A stretch of DNA of 64,000 nt from Candidatus Zixiibacteriota bacterium (lineage in GTDB: Bacteria; Zixibacteria; MSB-5A5; UBA10806; 4484-95): contig JBBIRK010000002.1 in NCBI GenBank assembly GCA_037441845.1, forward strand, positions 192,001 to 256,000. Direction: 5' to 3'. The number at the start of each line of letters is the position of its first letter. The stretch's first letter is position 1. A program made the position numbers and the translations under genes. Of this stretch, positions 19,311 to 29,426 are shown in pieces. The notes under the pieces were generated by a model. That model was not told the origin of the DNA and did no database searches. It saw only the letters and a list, made by a program, of their open reading frames with translations.

Positions 19311-19863
19311 AGTTTAGCTCCTTATGTGGCAAAATCCTTTCTCTTAGCATCGCCCGCGCCCGGTTGATCCTCGATTTCACCGTTCCCACGGGTACCCGCA
19401 TTATTTCCGCTATTTCGTTATATGGAAGTCGCTCCACGTCGCACAATACGAATGCCATTCGATACTCTTCCGGCAACGACTTTATGGCTTTTTCCAATAT
19501 CGGTTTCAATTTCATCGGCTCGCCGTTGGTCCGATCCGGTATCTCCAGGTTCGTTTCCTCTTTCAAAAAATCCAAACTCATATACCGGCGAAGCTTTCTC
19601 CTGCGTAATTCCGATCGAACCAGATTCAAGGCGATCGTGAAAACCCAGGTCGAAAGCGCAAAATCGGGGCTGTAGCTTTTTCGTTGATTGTAAACCCGCA
19701 AGAACGTCTCTTGAAGAATATCCTCGGCGGTTTCCCTTTCGATAATTATCCTGGCGATGAAATTGAATAACCTGTCCTTATAGCGTTCCACGAATTCGAC
19801 GAACGCCTTTTGATCATCGGCCGCCACCCGACTGAACAGTTCCCGATCTTCCATTTTATCCAA
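19267..19863 (-). CDS. ECF RNA polymerase sigma factor
   Basis: AEDILQETFLRVY, STWVFTIALN, YNEIAEIMRVPVGTVKSRINRAR. Confidence 0.93.
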   Translation of the reverse strand: MDKMEDRELFSRVAADDQKAFVEFVERYKDRLFNFIARIIIERETAEDILQETFLRVYNQRKSYSPDFALSTWVFTIALNLVRSELRRRKLRRYMSLDFLKEETNLEIPDRTNGEPMKLKPILEKAIKSLPEEYRMAFVLCDVERLPYNEIAEIMRVPVGTVKSRINRARAMLRERILPHKELNYELSKGLPLVISVH

Positions 19864-19885
19864 TCTGCACCTCGCTTATTGTCAG

Positions 19886-19915
19886 ATTATACACCCGACA
19901 CCGTAATTTGGTTCC
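19886..19915 (-). promoter_or_regulatory. Candidate ECF autoregulatory promoter
   Basis: GGAAC-N18-GTATAAT just upstream of the sigma SD; could instead be a plain TATAAT -10. Confidence 0.4.
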
Positions 19916-20013
19916 GGCCCAAATAACCACTACGCCGAACTATATAATATCTGTCTATAACTTATTTTACCATGAATGGTTGAATCAAGATGCCGAAAAC
20001 CTCTCTCGGATTT

Positions 20014-20271
20014 TCAGCTGTGCTTTTTGGCCACGAGACTTACGCCTTGCGTCCGATTCGCATTTGAGGTGTGCGCCATCGGAACCTCGATTTTACCCGA
20101 TGTCGATCTATCCTCGACCTGGGGGACTTTACCTGTCGAATTCTTCTTCAGGGCGGCCTCGAATTTGCGGAATCTCTTTATTTGCTTATCGATTTTCTCG
20201 TTTATTTTAACCAATACCCAACAGATTATAATCATGCCGATCGCCAGAATGATAACCGTCAAATCCCCCAT
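20014..20271 (-). CDS. Small single-TM hypothetical protein
   Basis: 85 aa, strong SD AAGGAGG, N-terminal hydrophobic helix and basic tail. Confidence 0.6.
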   Translation of the reverse strand: MGDLTVIILAIGMIIICWVLVKINEKIDKQIKRFRKFEAALKKNSTGKVPQVEDRSTSGKIEVPMAHTSNANRTQGVSLVAKKHS

Positions 20272-20316
20272 GGTTCCTCCTTTGCATTATACATATCGGC
20301 TGCAATCTTTAAGGCA

Positions 20317-21552
20317 TTAACGCAAAATACCGATTATTAAATCAACCGCCAGCACCATGATCAAGACCAAGGCGATCGGCGGCAATAACAGCCGATATAT
20401 GCCTTCGAAATCGGCCCCGAAATATTTTTTCGTCAAAACCAAACATAAATGAACCGGCGATGCCATTATCCCCATCAAGCCGCCGGCATAGGCAAGTATC
20501 GTTCCCGAGGCCTGTCCGCCCACGCTGTCGAACAGCGAAATAACCATCGGAAAACCGACGCCGACGTAGGCCGAAGTCATCCCGGTTAAAAGGCCGATAA
20601 GAAATGGCAAAGTTACGACCGCCAGATACGGCCCTATCGCCGTCGTCTGGAAATATGCCGATAGCTCGCCCGCGGAGCGCCCCATCGATATCACCTTGGC
20701 CAACGCCAGCGATCCGGTGAACAGGGCGATTATATCGAACGAAAACTCATTCTTGAAACTGCGCCAGATCCGCCCCGCCGAGGTAAAACCGAAAGCTATA
20801 AACACGATATAAACGATGACCAGCGGGATTATCAAATCTCCTTTGAACGCCAGTCCCAACCCGAAAATGGCGATTATAGGCCACAAGCAATGCCCCAGCC
20901 GCACCAAAAAACTCTTAAACCCAATCTCCGTATTTTTCACGCTCCCGAAATCGGGCGACATAAAGACGAAACCGATCAAGATGCTGCTTACGGTTATCGG
21001 AAAAGTCATGAGGCCGACCCGCCAAACCGTCGTATTCAGTATGGCGGCCGCCAGAATTACCGATTGATAGAGCGGCCAGATCGGCTCCCATATATGCCTC
21101 CACCAATAATTCGTCACCGTTTTCCGGGCCGCCGATATATCGAGATTCTTGCCCAATTCCTGTATTAACGGCGCCGAAACCATCGCCCCACCCGGCATCG
21201 GCAGAAGACCTATCAGCGCCGGCGCCGCCTTCGAAACCGCGTTCGGGCTGAGATACCCCCTCAAAGTATCCACCAACCTTCCCATATATCCCTCTAACGC
21301 CAACACCTCGCCGAACGTGACTATAAGTACGACGGTGGCGATAAAACGCCAGGTCATATCGTCGGTCAAAGTTAGAATGAATGGCGCAACCGCCTTATTC
21401 CCGATCCCGAACTCGATCAGCGAAAGGAAAATCGAAACCAAAAGCAGGCTGTATCCTATAGGAATTTTGATCCTGATCAGCAGGACAATCAGAAGAAAGC
21501 AAATTATCAGATTCACCGATCCGCAAGATACGATCGGTCCGGCGATAGTCAA
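20317..21552 (-). CDS. DUF401-family multi-pass membrane protein (putative transporter)
   Basis: PALIGLLPMPGGAMVSAP, NYWWRHIWE..WPLY, SPVHLCL..T..YF; start uncertain. Confidence 0.8.
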   Translation of the reverse strand: MTIAGPIVSCGSVNLIICFLLIVLLIRIKIPIGYSLLLVSIFLSLIEFGIGNKAVAPFILTLTDDMTWRFIATVVLIVTFGEVLALEGYMGRLVDTLRGYLSPNAVSKAAPALIGLLPMPGGAMVSAPLIQELGKNLDISAARKTVTNYWWRHIWEPIWPLYQSVILAAAILNTTVWRVGLMTFPITVSSILIGFVFMSPDFGSVKNTEIGFKSFLVRLGHCLWPIIAIFGLGLAFKGDLIIPLVIVYIVFIAFGFTSAGRIWRSFKNEFSFDIIALFTGSLALAKVISMGRSAGELSAYFQTTAIGPYLAVVTLPFLIGLLTGMTSAYVGVGFPMVISLFDSVGGQASGTILAYAGGLMGIMASPVHLCLVLTKKYFGADFEGIYRLLLPPIALVLIMVLAVDLIIGILR

Positions 21553-21593
21553 TAGCTAACTGTCCTGCCGGAAAAGTCAATCCACCGGGTCAC

Positions 21594-22871
21594 CTATATC
21601 CGATACGACAGCGAAAATTGAAATCTGCTCGATCTGTAAGCCGCGGTTAGCGGAACGTCCCGGTCGCCTTGATCAAGATATGCTCGATCGCGGGTCTCCC
21701 AGCGCCCGAAAGCGATACCCAAATCGGCTTTCAGATTTCGACTCAAAAGCAGCGAGGCTCCGCCGGTTATCGCCGACGGCTCATTACCGTTGGAAAGATA
21801 TGCGAAAGCCGACGGTTGATGGTTCACTCCGGCCCTCAGCGTAAGCCCCTTCTCCGGAAATGCGTATTCCACCCCCAGAGCGACAGAGACGACGTCTCGG
21901 TAATACTTTTTTACATCGCTGTTCGCCTGAAACCGATCGACTCCGCTTTTGTATTCGATTTGCGTAAAATCGGTATAATTCAGATCGGCGGCCAATAGCA
22001 GATTCCGATAATTGTAGGCCGCCCCGAAACCGAATCCGAACGGCATGACGAAACGATAGCGCCCGGTATCGTATGATCGATCGATATCACCGTTATACTC
22101 CTCGTATTCATCGAGCGCCTGCTCGACCGTCAAGGACGCAGGGAAACGGATCAGGACGCCCAAATGAAGCTCGTCACCCGCCGAATAGCTCAATCCGAAA
22201 CGTCCGGAGTATCCCGAATAGTTGTTATCGATCGCTCTACGGTAGCTGTAATAGTCTCCGTCCGACAGGCTGTCGAACCTGAACGCGTAATCGTCGGCTC
22301 CGTCGAATAAATCCAGAGCCAGCCCGAGCGACACCCGCGGCGAAACGTCGATCCCGAACCCGGCGCTGTAGGTGTATAGCCCGCCCCGGTCGTCCTCGCC
22401 ACCGCCGAATCCCGGTCCTCTCTGATCCAGCCACCAACCGGGTGAGCTTTCGAAACGGACGATTCTATTGAAATCATTGACACGGTTGATACCGACAGCC
22501 ATCGCCGCCGCGTTGTCTCTGCCGCCGATCGGGAACACCCCCCAGAGAGAGCTCAATACCGTGTTGCTGAATCGAAACTCATCGGACCTTACCGGGGGAG
22601 TTGATTCGAGGATGGATCTTTCCGACAGCCGCTGATAAATAAGCGAGGCGGAAAACTCGGCGCGCCCCGCACGCGACAGCAGTGCTGGATTATACCAAAG
22701 CGCCGACCCGTCATTGGCTGCGGCGATCTGCGCCCCTCCCATGCCCGCTGCTCGTGCGCCGATAAAACAGCCCCCCTCGGTTGCGATCTCATAAACCAGC
22801 TGCGGGTCGCTCCCCGTTTGCGCCCAACAAACGCCGGCAAAAGTCACGATCATGACGAGTATCTTCTTCAT
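21594..22871 (-). CDS. FadL/OmpP1-like outer-membrane beta-barrel
   Basis: Signal peptide; GARAAGMGGA..A.ANDGSALWYNPA motif; C-terminal FSLSYRI. Confidence 0.8.
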   Translation of the reverse strand: MKKILVMIVTFAGVCWAQTGSDPQLVYEIATEGGCFIGARAAGMGGAQIAAANDGSALWYNPALLSRAGRAEFSASLIYQRLSERSILESTPPVRSDEFRFSNTVLSSLWGVFPIGGRDNAAAMAVGINRVNDFNRIVRFESSPGWWLDQRGPGFGGGEDDRGGLYTYSAGFGIDVSPRVSLGLALDLFDGADDYAFRFDSLSDGDYYSYRRAIDNNYSGYSGRFGLSYSAGDELHLGVLIRFPASLTVEQALDEYEEYNGDIDRSYDTGRYRFVMPFGFGFGAAYNYRNLLLAADLNYTDFTQIEYKSGVDRFQANSDVKKYYRDVVSVALGVEYAFPEKGLTLRAGVNHQPSAFAYLSNGNEPSAITGGASLLLSRNLKADLGIAFGRWETRDRAYLDQGDRDVPLTAAYRSSRFQFSLSYRI

Positions 22872-23037
22872 ATAATCTCCTTCATGAAAATATCCTAATT
22901 CAACTTGCTTTAACTTGCGCCGTAGTGATTCTCCCGTTTAGGCCTCGAACTCGAATCCTACGCGGCCGGCTGGAACCGCCCCCATATGATCGGAATCATG
23001 ATTTTGAAAATGGAAACGTCGATCGCGGACGGAATCG

Positions 23038-23895
23038 TCAGTCCACGAAAAATTGCAGGTAGGTAAGCCGAATTTCCCGGTCGATCGAGCCGCTTCCTTC
23101 GGTCGGCGATTGCTTGCGGTTCAGTAGCATATTGCGGAAATCGAGTTCGAGACATAACTCCGGGGTTATGTACCAACCGAGTCCGAAATTCAGATAGCCC
23201 CGTCCCAAACCGAATATCCCCAGCCTTCGATTATCGTTTAGAGCGAAATCGTATTCACCCAAGAACACCAGATCGTATCCGAGCACGGCGTCCATGCCCC
23301 AAAAAAGATTCGGATCGCTGTCGGCGCCGTTTTCCAGCGAATAATTGAGCCCGCCGTGCAGCCCGAAATCGCCGCCCTGAACATCGTATCGCTTGGACAT
23401 CGCCAAATAAAACCCGGGCGATTTCACCAGGTAGCGATCCTCATGATAGCCCCGAATCGTATCCTCTTTCACGAACAGCCCGTATCCGTAAGAACTGTAT
23501 CCGACCGCCAGTGATGGGAAAAATTCGTATTCGCGCTCGTCAGCCAGCAAGAATCGAAACATGAACTCGATCCTCGAATTCCATTCGGGAATGTCTTCGG
23601 AAAGCACCGCCCCACCCGAATAGCCGATACCCACCGAGAAACGCCGAGCCAGGCCGATATTCAACGCCGCCTGCACGCCCCCCGATGGAAACGTCTTGAA
23701 ATCTATATCGAACGATCCGCGCGGTAACATGCTGGCGGTGGGTGTATCTATCAACCATCTATGGTCGGAGTGGGCGGAGGGTATCTTTAGCCGCTTCTGC
23801 GGCGGAGATACTCTATCTTGCTTGCCGGCGGGCGCTTGTCCGAAAACGGGAACCGCCAAAAACGCCAAAATGAACAGTAATCTCACAATCATCAT
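23038..23895 (-). CDS. Putative outer-membrane beta-barrel (YjbH-like)
   Basis: Signal peptide, LIDTPTA motif, alternating aromatic strands, ends RLTYLQFF. Start moved to ATG 23895, downstream of the promoter. Confidence 0.6.
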   Translation of the reverse strand: MMIVRLLFILAFLAVPVFGQAPAGKQDRVSPPQKRLKIPSAHSDHRWLIDTPTASMLPRGSFDIDFKTFPSGGVQAALNIGLARRFSVGIGYSGGAVLSEDIPEWNSRIEFMFRFLLADEREYEFFPSLAVGYSSYGYGLFVKEDTIRGYHEDRYLVKSPGFYLAMSKRYDVQGGDFGLHGGLNYSLENGADSDPNLFWGMDAVLGYDLVFLGEYDFALNDNRRLGIFGLGRGYLNFGLGWYITPELCLELDFRNMLLNRKQSPTEGSGSIDREIRLTYLQFFVD

Positions 23896-23906
23896 AACTC
23901 GAACGG

Positions 23907-23935
23907 AGTTTAGCACACCCGGCCGACCATGTCAA
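23907..23935 (-). promoter_or_regulatory. sigma70 promoter
   Basis: TTGACA-N17-TAAACT with TG extension; ATG only 11 nt downstream. Confidence 0.65.
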
Positions 23936-23986
23936 ATGATTTGGCGACAAACCGGTCTTGTTGTCAAAGAACCATGCCGACCTAAT

Positions 23987-24002
23987 TGCAAATCCGATGC
24001 CG
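23987..24002 (-). promoter_or_regulatory. Candidate sigma54 -24/-12 element
   Basis: CGGCATCGGATTTGCA (GG-N10-GC), with an AT-rich tract upstream. Confidence 0.45.
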
Positions 24003-24117
24003 CCCTGATTCGATTCACTAAGAGCAAGTTATGTTTCATATTATACGATAAATTGAAATTTCCGCAGTTGATCGACTGCACAATAACGGTGCCCCCGCGC
24101 CTGTCGCCGCACAAAAT

Positions 24118-24846
24118 TCAGCCGTTTTTCCACCTTCGGAAAACCTCCTCGAGAAACGATAACACTCTCCGGCAAACGTCGTCGAAATAAGCCTCCGCCC
24201 GCTTCACGTCGAAATCCAACTTCCCCGTATTTTCTTTATAGGTCAGTATCGTCGATGGTATCGGATATATATTCGCACCGGCGTTGACCAGATAAATCAT
24301 CGCCTCGTCGTAGTCGGCTTGCTTCACCTTGTCCGGCGCAGTCGCCAGAATGGCGGCCGTCTCGTCCACCGCCGCATGTCCTCCTTCGCTCTTATAATGT
24401 TCGAGCACGATATCCTGACAGAGAATCCACCAGTGCACAACCGCAATGCGCGCCCCTGTCGCCTGATGGACCCGCAGAGCCGCGCTTTTCAATTCATCGA
24501 GCTGACCGCCATGGCCGTTGATAATGGCGATCCGGTTTATCTTCTTCGAAACGATCGAGCTCAAAATCTCCCCCACATATGCCTCGAATGTAGCCGAGGT
24601 AACCGTCAACGACCCGGGATAAGCCCCCAGCGAACGAGTAATCCCGTAGCTTATGGTAGGCGCGATTATGGCGTTCAAGGAGGGTGCAATCGCGCGGGCG
24701 ATCGCCTCGGGAATCAGGTTGTCGGTGCCCAATGGAGTGATTCCATGCGCTTCGATCGTTCCCACGGGCAAAAGCGCGGTGTCCAATCCTTTTTGCAGAA
24801 GACGATCGAAATCTTTCCACGTCAAATCCTGCCAGTATGTAACCAT
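24118..24846 (-). CDS. Creatininase-family amidohydrolase
   Basis: PVGTIEAHG..PLGTD, NGHGG, GHA..DET. Confidence 0.88.
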   Translation of the reverse strand: MVTYWQDLTWKDFDRLLQKGLDTALLPVGTIEAHGITPLGTDNLIPEAIARAIAPSLNAIIAPTISYGITRSLGAYPGSLTVTSATFEAYVGEILSSIVSKKINRIAIINGHGGQLDELKSAALRVHQATGARIAVVHWWILCQDIVLEHYKSEGGHAAVDETAAILATAPDKVKQADYDEAMIYLVNAGANIYPIPSTILTYKENTGKLDFDVKRAEAYFDDVCRRVLSFLEEVFRRWKNG

Positions 24847-24901
24847 GAGTTTCCTCCTTCGTGAATCGGCAACCGATCGAAACCCGGCGGACCCACCCGA
24901 T

Positions 24902-25690
24902 TCAAGACTTCTCCGCGACCGCCGTATTGGTCAAATTTCCGATTTTTTCTATCACCACTTCCACCCGGTCTCCATCTTTCAGCGGTCCGACCCCTTTCGG
25001 AGTGCCGGTGGCGATTATGTCGCCCGGATAAAGCGTCATCACCTGCGATATAAAACTGATTATCTCCGCCGGCTTCCGCAGCATCATGGCGGTATCGGAT
25101 TTTTGGACGCAGCGGCCGTTAAGTCGAGTTTCCAGCTCGAGCGATGACGGGTCGATATTCCTGACGATATGCGGCCCGACTGGACAAAAGGTATCGAACC
25201 CTTTAGCCCGAGTCCATTGATTGTCTTTTTTCTGCATATTTCTGGCCGTCACGTCGTTAATGCAAGTGTATCCGAAAACCCCCTCCATCGCTTCCTCCGG
25301 CTTGACATAACGCATCCGCCGGCCGATCACGATCCCCAGTTCGCCCTCGTAATCGACTCGATCCACCCACGACGGCAGAATTATTTTGTCCCGATGCCCG
25401 ATCAGCGCGCTGGGCGGCTTGAAAAACAACACCGGCTCTTCGGGTATCGACGGCAGCGTGCTTTCGGAGGCGTGTTCGACATAATTGAGCCCGACACAAA
25501 TTATTTTCTGAGGATTGCAAGGCGGAAGATATTTGATATTCCGGCTGTCGTATGGTTTTTTGCCGATTATGAACGAATCGAAAATATCCCCTTTCACGGC
25601 ATAGACCCGGCCGTCATACCAGCAGCCGGCGCCGCAATAATCCTCGGCCTCGAACCGCAAAAAACAATTTATCTCACCCGCTTTAACCAT
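24902..25690 (-). CDS. Fumarylacetoacetate hydrolase family protein
   Basis: KIICVGLNY..H, DYEGEL, NDVTAR, KGFDTFCPVGP, TGTP.GVGP. Confidence 0.92.
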   Translation of the reverse strand: MVKAGEINCFLRFEAEDYCGAGCWYDGRVYAVKGDIFDSFIIGKKPYDSRNIKYLPPCNPQKIICVGLNYVEHASESTLPSIPEEPVLFFKPPSALIGHRDKIILPSWVDRVDYEGELGIVIGRRMRYVKPEEAMEGVFGYTCINDVTARNMQKKDNQWTRAKGFDTFCPVGPHIVRNIDPSSLELETRLNGRCVQKSDTAMMLRKPAEIISFISQVMTLYPGDIIATGTPKGVGPLKDGDRVEVVIEKIGNLTNTAVAEKS

Positions 25691-26633
25691 CGGCCAGAGC
25701 CCTCAAATGAAAGCCGACACTTTCGGCTAAGCTCGGAAGGTTGTAACCTCCCTCGAGAACCGATACGATTCTCCCCGCACAATGTTCATCCGCAAAACGA
25801 ACCACCATAGTCGTCATCTCCCCGAAAAAACCGCTCGTCAATTTCATACCGCCCAACGGATCATCCGCATGAGCATCGAAACCAGCCGATATCATGATCA
25901 AATCGGGGCCGAATTCGTTCAGCAACGGCAGAATTTTTCCCTCGAATGCGCGCCGATATTCATCATCGCCGCATCCTGCCTCCATCGGCAAATTGACCGT
26001 AAAGCCGCTGCCTGCGCCGATCCCTTTTTCGAAAGCGCTGCCGGTTCCCGGATAAAACGGATACTGATGAAGCGAAATGAAGAGCACATCCGACCGATCG
26101 TAAAATGCGTTCTGGGTGCCGTTGCCGTGATGAACATCCCAGTCTATGATCGCCACCCTCCCGGCCAGACCCCCCGCTATCGCATAAGCCGCCCCGATCG
26201 CGATATTATTGAAAATGCAAAACCCCATCGCCCGATCGCGCTCGGCATGATGCCCGGGCGGCCTGACCGCGCAGAACACCCGGCGATTTTTCCGATCGCA
26301 GACGATCTTCACACCTTCTATCACCGCCCCGGCCGCGGCAACCGCCGCTTGCCCGGTCGCCGGCGAAAACGGAGTATCGGGATCGAGCAAAATTGTCTTC
26401 TCGTTTTTCTTTGAAATCAACCCCTGAACGTAGCCGCGCTCATGAATCCGGCATATGTCATCCATCGCCGCCGGCTCAGCTTGTTCGATCAATTCGATAG
26501 CGGGCGAATTCCGGCAGACCTCCAATATCACCTCGATCCTGGACCCCGATTCGGGATGATACGGTCCCGTATCGTGAAGCAAGAATACGGGGTCATAGAT
26601 TACGCTCAGTGAATTTTTATTTTCTGCCGGAAT
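25683..26633 (-). CDS. Histone deacetylase-family (Zn-dependent) amidohydrolase; start codon uncertain
   Basis: HPE...R, RPPGHHA, GFCIFNN, DWDVHHGNGT, SAGFDAH..DPL, LEGGY. Start placed at ATT 26633 (see findings). Confidence 0.88.
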   Translation of the reverse strand: MPAENKNSLSVIYDPVFLLHDTGPYHPESGSRIEVILEVCRNSPAIELIEQAEPAAMDDICRIHERGYVQGLISKKNEKTILLDPDTPFSPATGQAAVAAAGAVIEGVKIVCDRKNRRVFCAVRPPGHHAERDRAMGFCIFNNIAIGAAYAIAGGLAGRVAIIDWDVHHGNGTQNAFYDRSDVLFISLHQYPFYPGTGSAFEKGIGAGSGFTVNLPMEAGCGDDEYRRAFEGKILPLLNEFGPDLIMISAGFDAHADDPLGGMKLTSGFFGEMTTMVVRFADEHCAGRIVSVLEGGYNLPSLAESVGFHLRALADG

Positions 26634-29322
26634 TTTTTCCCTCCACCATACCCACCGCGTAAACCGGGCTGGCGAAATAGACCCGGGCCGCCCTTCTGAT
26701 ATCCTCGGGCGTGACACTTTCGATTTCCTCTGCGTAACCGTCGAGCGCCCGGGCTCCACGTCCGGTCATCTCCCATTTTGAATAAAGCTCTGCCAGCGCC
26801 GCATTCGATTGCAGCCCGATCTTTATCGACCCGGCCATGTAGTTTTTGGCCGTCGCCAGCTCATCTTCGCCGAGCGGCGAATCCCACAACTCCTTCAGCG
26901 CCTCGATCGCCAAAGTCCGCGCCGCGTCCGCATTCTCCGGCGAGGTGGCCATATAGCAGGTGAAATTTCCCGATAAAAGACGCGGCTCTTGATAAGCGTA
27001 CACCGAATAAGCCAGCGGATTTTTATCACGTATTTTGTCCCAAAGGCGGCCGCCCATTCCACTGACGATTCCTTGAATCACTTTCAAAACGACGTAATCG
27101 GGATGCGACGCCGGACAAGTCAGAAAACTGACCGCCTGAGCCGACTGCGCCCGATCGCGCTTTTCTTTTTTGACCGATTCCGCCGAGCGCACTTCAAGGT
27201 TCGTCGGCGTATTCTTCACTTCCGAACGATTCATGCCTCGGAAATATTTATTCACCGTCCCGATCGCCTGCTTGAATGTTATATCACCTACGAAAAAAAC
27301 GGCGCAGTTGCCGGTGGTGACTTGACGGCGGTGGAAATTGACCAGTTCGGCGCGGCCGAGACGACTAATCGTCTCCGGCTCGCCCCGCGATGCCGTCCCG
27401 TAGGGTGTCCCCGCATACAGCGCTTGCAAACTCAGCTCAATCGGGTATTCCGCCGCGGAATCCTTCAGCCGTTTTATAGCGGCCAGCATATCTTTCTTCT
27501 CGATTTCGATCTCCTCGGCCGGAAAAGTAGGATTTAGAACCACCTGTGCGAATATCGCCATCGCTTCCTCGAAATTCTCCGCCATCGCCTCCAGCGAAAA
27601 TCCCGAGTAGTCGGCCTCCGCGAAATAATCGATCGTCGCTCCCAATCCTTCGAGATCTCCGGCTATCGCGGCTGCATTCATACTGCCCGCCCCTTTGAGC
27701 GCCGATCTCAGCATAAGCTCGGTGATACCGGCATCGGCTGCGGCTTCATTGCTCCTTCCGCCGGCGAAATTCACCTGCACGGTCACCAGCGGCAGCGAGT
27801 GCCTTTCGCGGCAAAACACCTTGATTCCGTTCGGGAGCACCGTATCCGCTATCGGCATGTCCGGATAGCTTTTCCCTCCCACCGGCGCGCAACCGACCAC
27901 CAGCGGCACTCCTTCATTCCTCCTGGAATGACTTTTGCGGAAATCGTCGATAGTCGCTTTCAGCATATCGTTTAACTTCTTTCCGTTGCTCTGCGCAGCC
28001 GTGCTTTTCCGCGGCAGATATTCGAACACCGAGGCGTTTTCCAGCACGAAATAACGTTCGGCCACCCGCCTGATATCCTCGGCGGTCACCCTGTGCAGCT
28101 TTTCTATATATTGGTCGGCCCGCCGCCAATCCCCGTAGGCCTGAAACATGGCCAGCGTCTGCGCCTGATTGTTCACGTCCTCCAGACTGTGATAATATGC
28201 CGATTCCAGTAGGTTGATCGCCCTCGACATCTCGTCGCGCCCCGGAGCTTCGATCCTCAACCGTTCGATTTCCCTCACCATTGCCGCCAGAACCGAATCC
28301 GGATCGCCTTCCGCTTGATCCGCGGTCAGCGCAAAATACCCGATATCCTTGAACCATTCGTAATTGCTGGTAATCGATTCCGCCAGACCCCGCTTTTCCT
28401 TTATTTCCTGATACAAGCGGCAGGCCCTTCCCCCGCCGAGAATCTGATCCATCACCACCAGCGCATAAAAATCGTCGTCGAGCCCGCCCGGAACATGATA
28501 ACCGAGCTGAACGATATTGCGATTGATGTCCGCCCGTTCTAACGAAAAGCGAAAACCGATCTGCGGTGGTTCGGAGGGGCTCGCCGGCGGTTCTATTGTT
28601 TCGTCTTGCATTCGGCCGTATAACTCTTTCACCATGGCCGATGCCGAATCGGGATCGACATTCCCCACTATCGATATGATTATATTCCCCGGCCGATAAT
28701 ATTTCCGATAATGGTCTTCCAGTTGTTCTCTCGACCAACCGCCGACCTGGCTTTCGTTGCCCATGCGCCAGCGCCTTATATTATGTTTATCGAAAGCCAG
28801 CTCGAGAAGCTTCTCATACGAATAAGCAGTCGGATTATCCAGTTTCCTTTTGATCTCCTCGATGACGACTTTGGCTTCCTTGGCGAGTTCGCTGGAATCG
28901 ATCAGACAGTTTTGAAGCGCATCGGCCTGAATCTCGAGCGCCTTCTCGAACGATTGCACCGGGACGACCGTATGGTAAGTGGTATGCTCGTAGCTGGTGG
29001 CGCCGTTCAAATAGCCGCCGGCCGCTCGGGTTTGCCTTCCTATTTCACCGACCGCCCGATCGCGCGTCCCCTTGAAAAACATATGCTCGAGCAGATGCGA
29101 AACGCCGGTCAGCGAATCCGGCTCGTTGAAATAACCGATCTCCACCCGGGTTACGATCGCGACCGCCTCCATTCTCGCGTCGCGCTTTATCAATACCGTA
29201 AGCCCGTTGTCGAGTGTATCGCGGATAACCGTCGCTTCCGCTCCGATATTAGTGGCCATCACCGAAATTAGAAGGATCGCGCCCAATGCGCTCTTCAACC
29301 GCGCTGCGTCAGACCAGGACAA
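26617..29322 (-). CDS. M16 (pitrilysin/PqqL-like) zinc peptidase, two-module, exported
   Basis: Signal peptide; HLLEH inverted zinc motif in the N-half; second module lacks it; 901 aa. Confidence 0.92.
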   Translation of the reverse strand: MSWSDAARLKSALGAILLISVMATNIGAEATVIRDTLDNGLTVLIKRDARMEAVAIVTRVEIGYFNEPDSLTGVSHLLEHMFFKGTRDRAVGEIGRQTRAAGGYLNGATSYEHTTYHTVVPVQSFEKALEIQADALQNCLIDSSELAKEAKVVIEEIKRKLDNPTAYSYEKLLELAFDKHNIRRWRMGNESQVGGWSREQLEDHYRKYYRPGNIIISIVGNVDPDSASAMVKELYGRMQDETIEPPASPSEPPQIGFRFSLERADINRNIVQLGYHVPGGLDDDFYALVVMDQILGGGRACRLYQEIKEKRGLAESITSNYEWFKDIGYFALTADQAEGDPDSVLAAMVREIERLRIEAPGRDEMSRAINLLESAYYHSLEDVNNQAQTLAMFQAYGDWRRADQYIEKLHRVTAEDIRRVAERYFVLENASVFEYLPRKSTAAQSNGKKLNDMLKATIDDFRKSHSRRNEGVPLVVGCAPVGGKSYPDMPIADTVLPNGIKVFCRERHSLPLVTVQVNFAGGRSNEAAADAGITELMLRSALKGAGSMNAAAIAGDLEGLGATIDYFAEADYSGFSLEAMAENFEEAMAIFAQVVLNPTFPAEEIEIEKKDMLAAIKRLKDSAAEYPIELSLQALYAGTPYGTASRGEPETISRLGRAELVNFHRRQVTTGNCAVFFVGDITFKQAIGTVNKYFRGMNRSEVKNTPTNLEVRSAESVKKEKRDRAQSAQAVSFLTCPASHPDYVVLKVIQGIVSGMGGRLWDKIRDKNPLAYSVYAYQEPRLLSGNFTCYMATSPENADAARTLAIEALKELWDSPLGEDELATAKNYMAGSIKIGLQSNAALAELYSKWEMTGRGARALDGYAEEIESVTPEDIRRAARVYFASPVYAVGMVEGKNSGRK

Positions 29323-29426
29323 TTTTCACCTGCCCCTACTTTACGAACGACGTAAATTTATGCGCGAAACCGCATGGACGCAACGCAAAAGGTGGTCCCT
29401 AAAAAATCGCGTTCGAATCGAATCCG

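Noticed and set aside
26617..26645. Programmed -1 frameshift at G GGA AAA fusing the M16 peptidase to the deacetylase
   Set aside because: The deacetylase is in the +1 frame, not -1, and the peptidase is exported.
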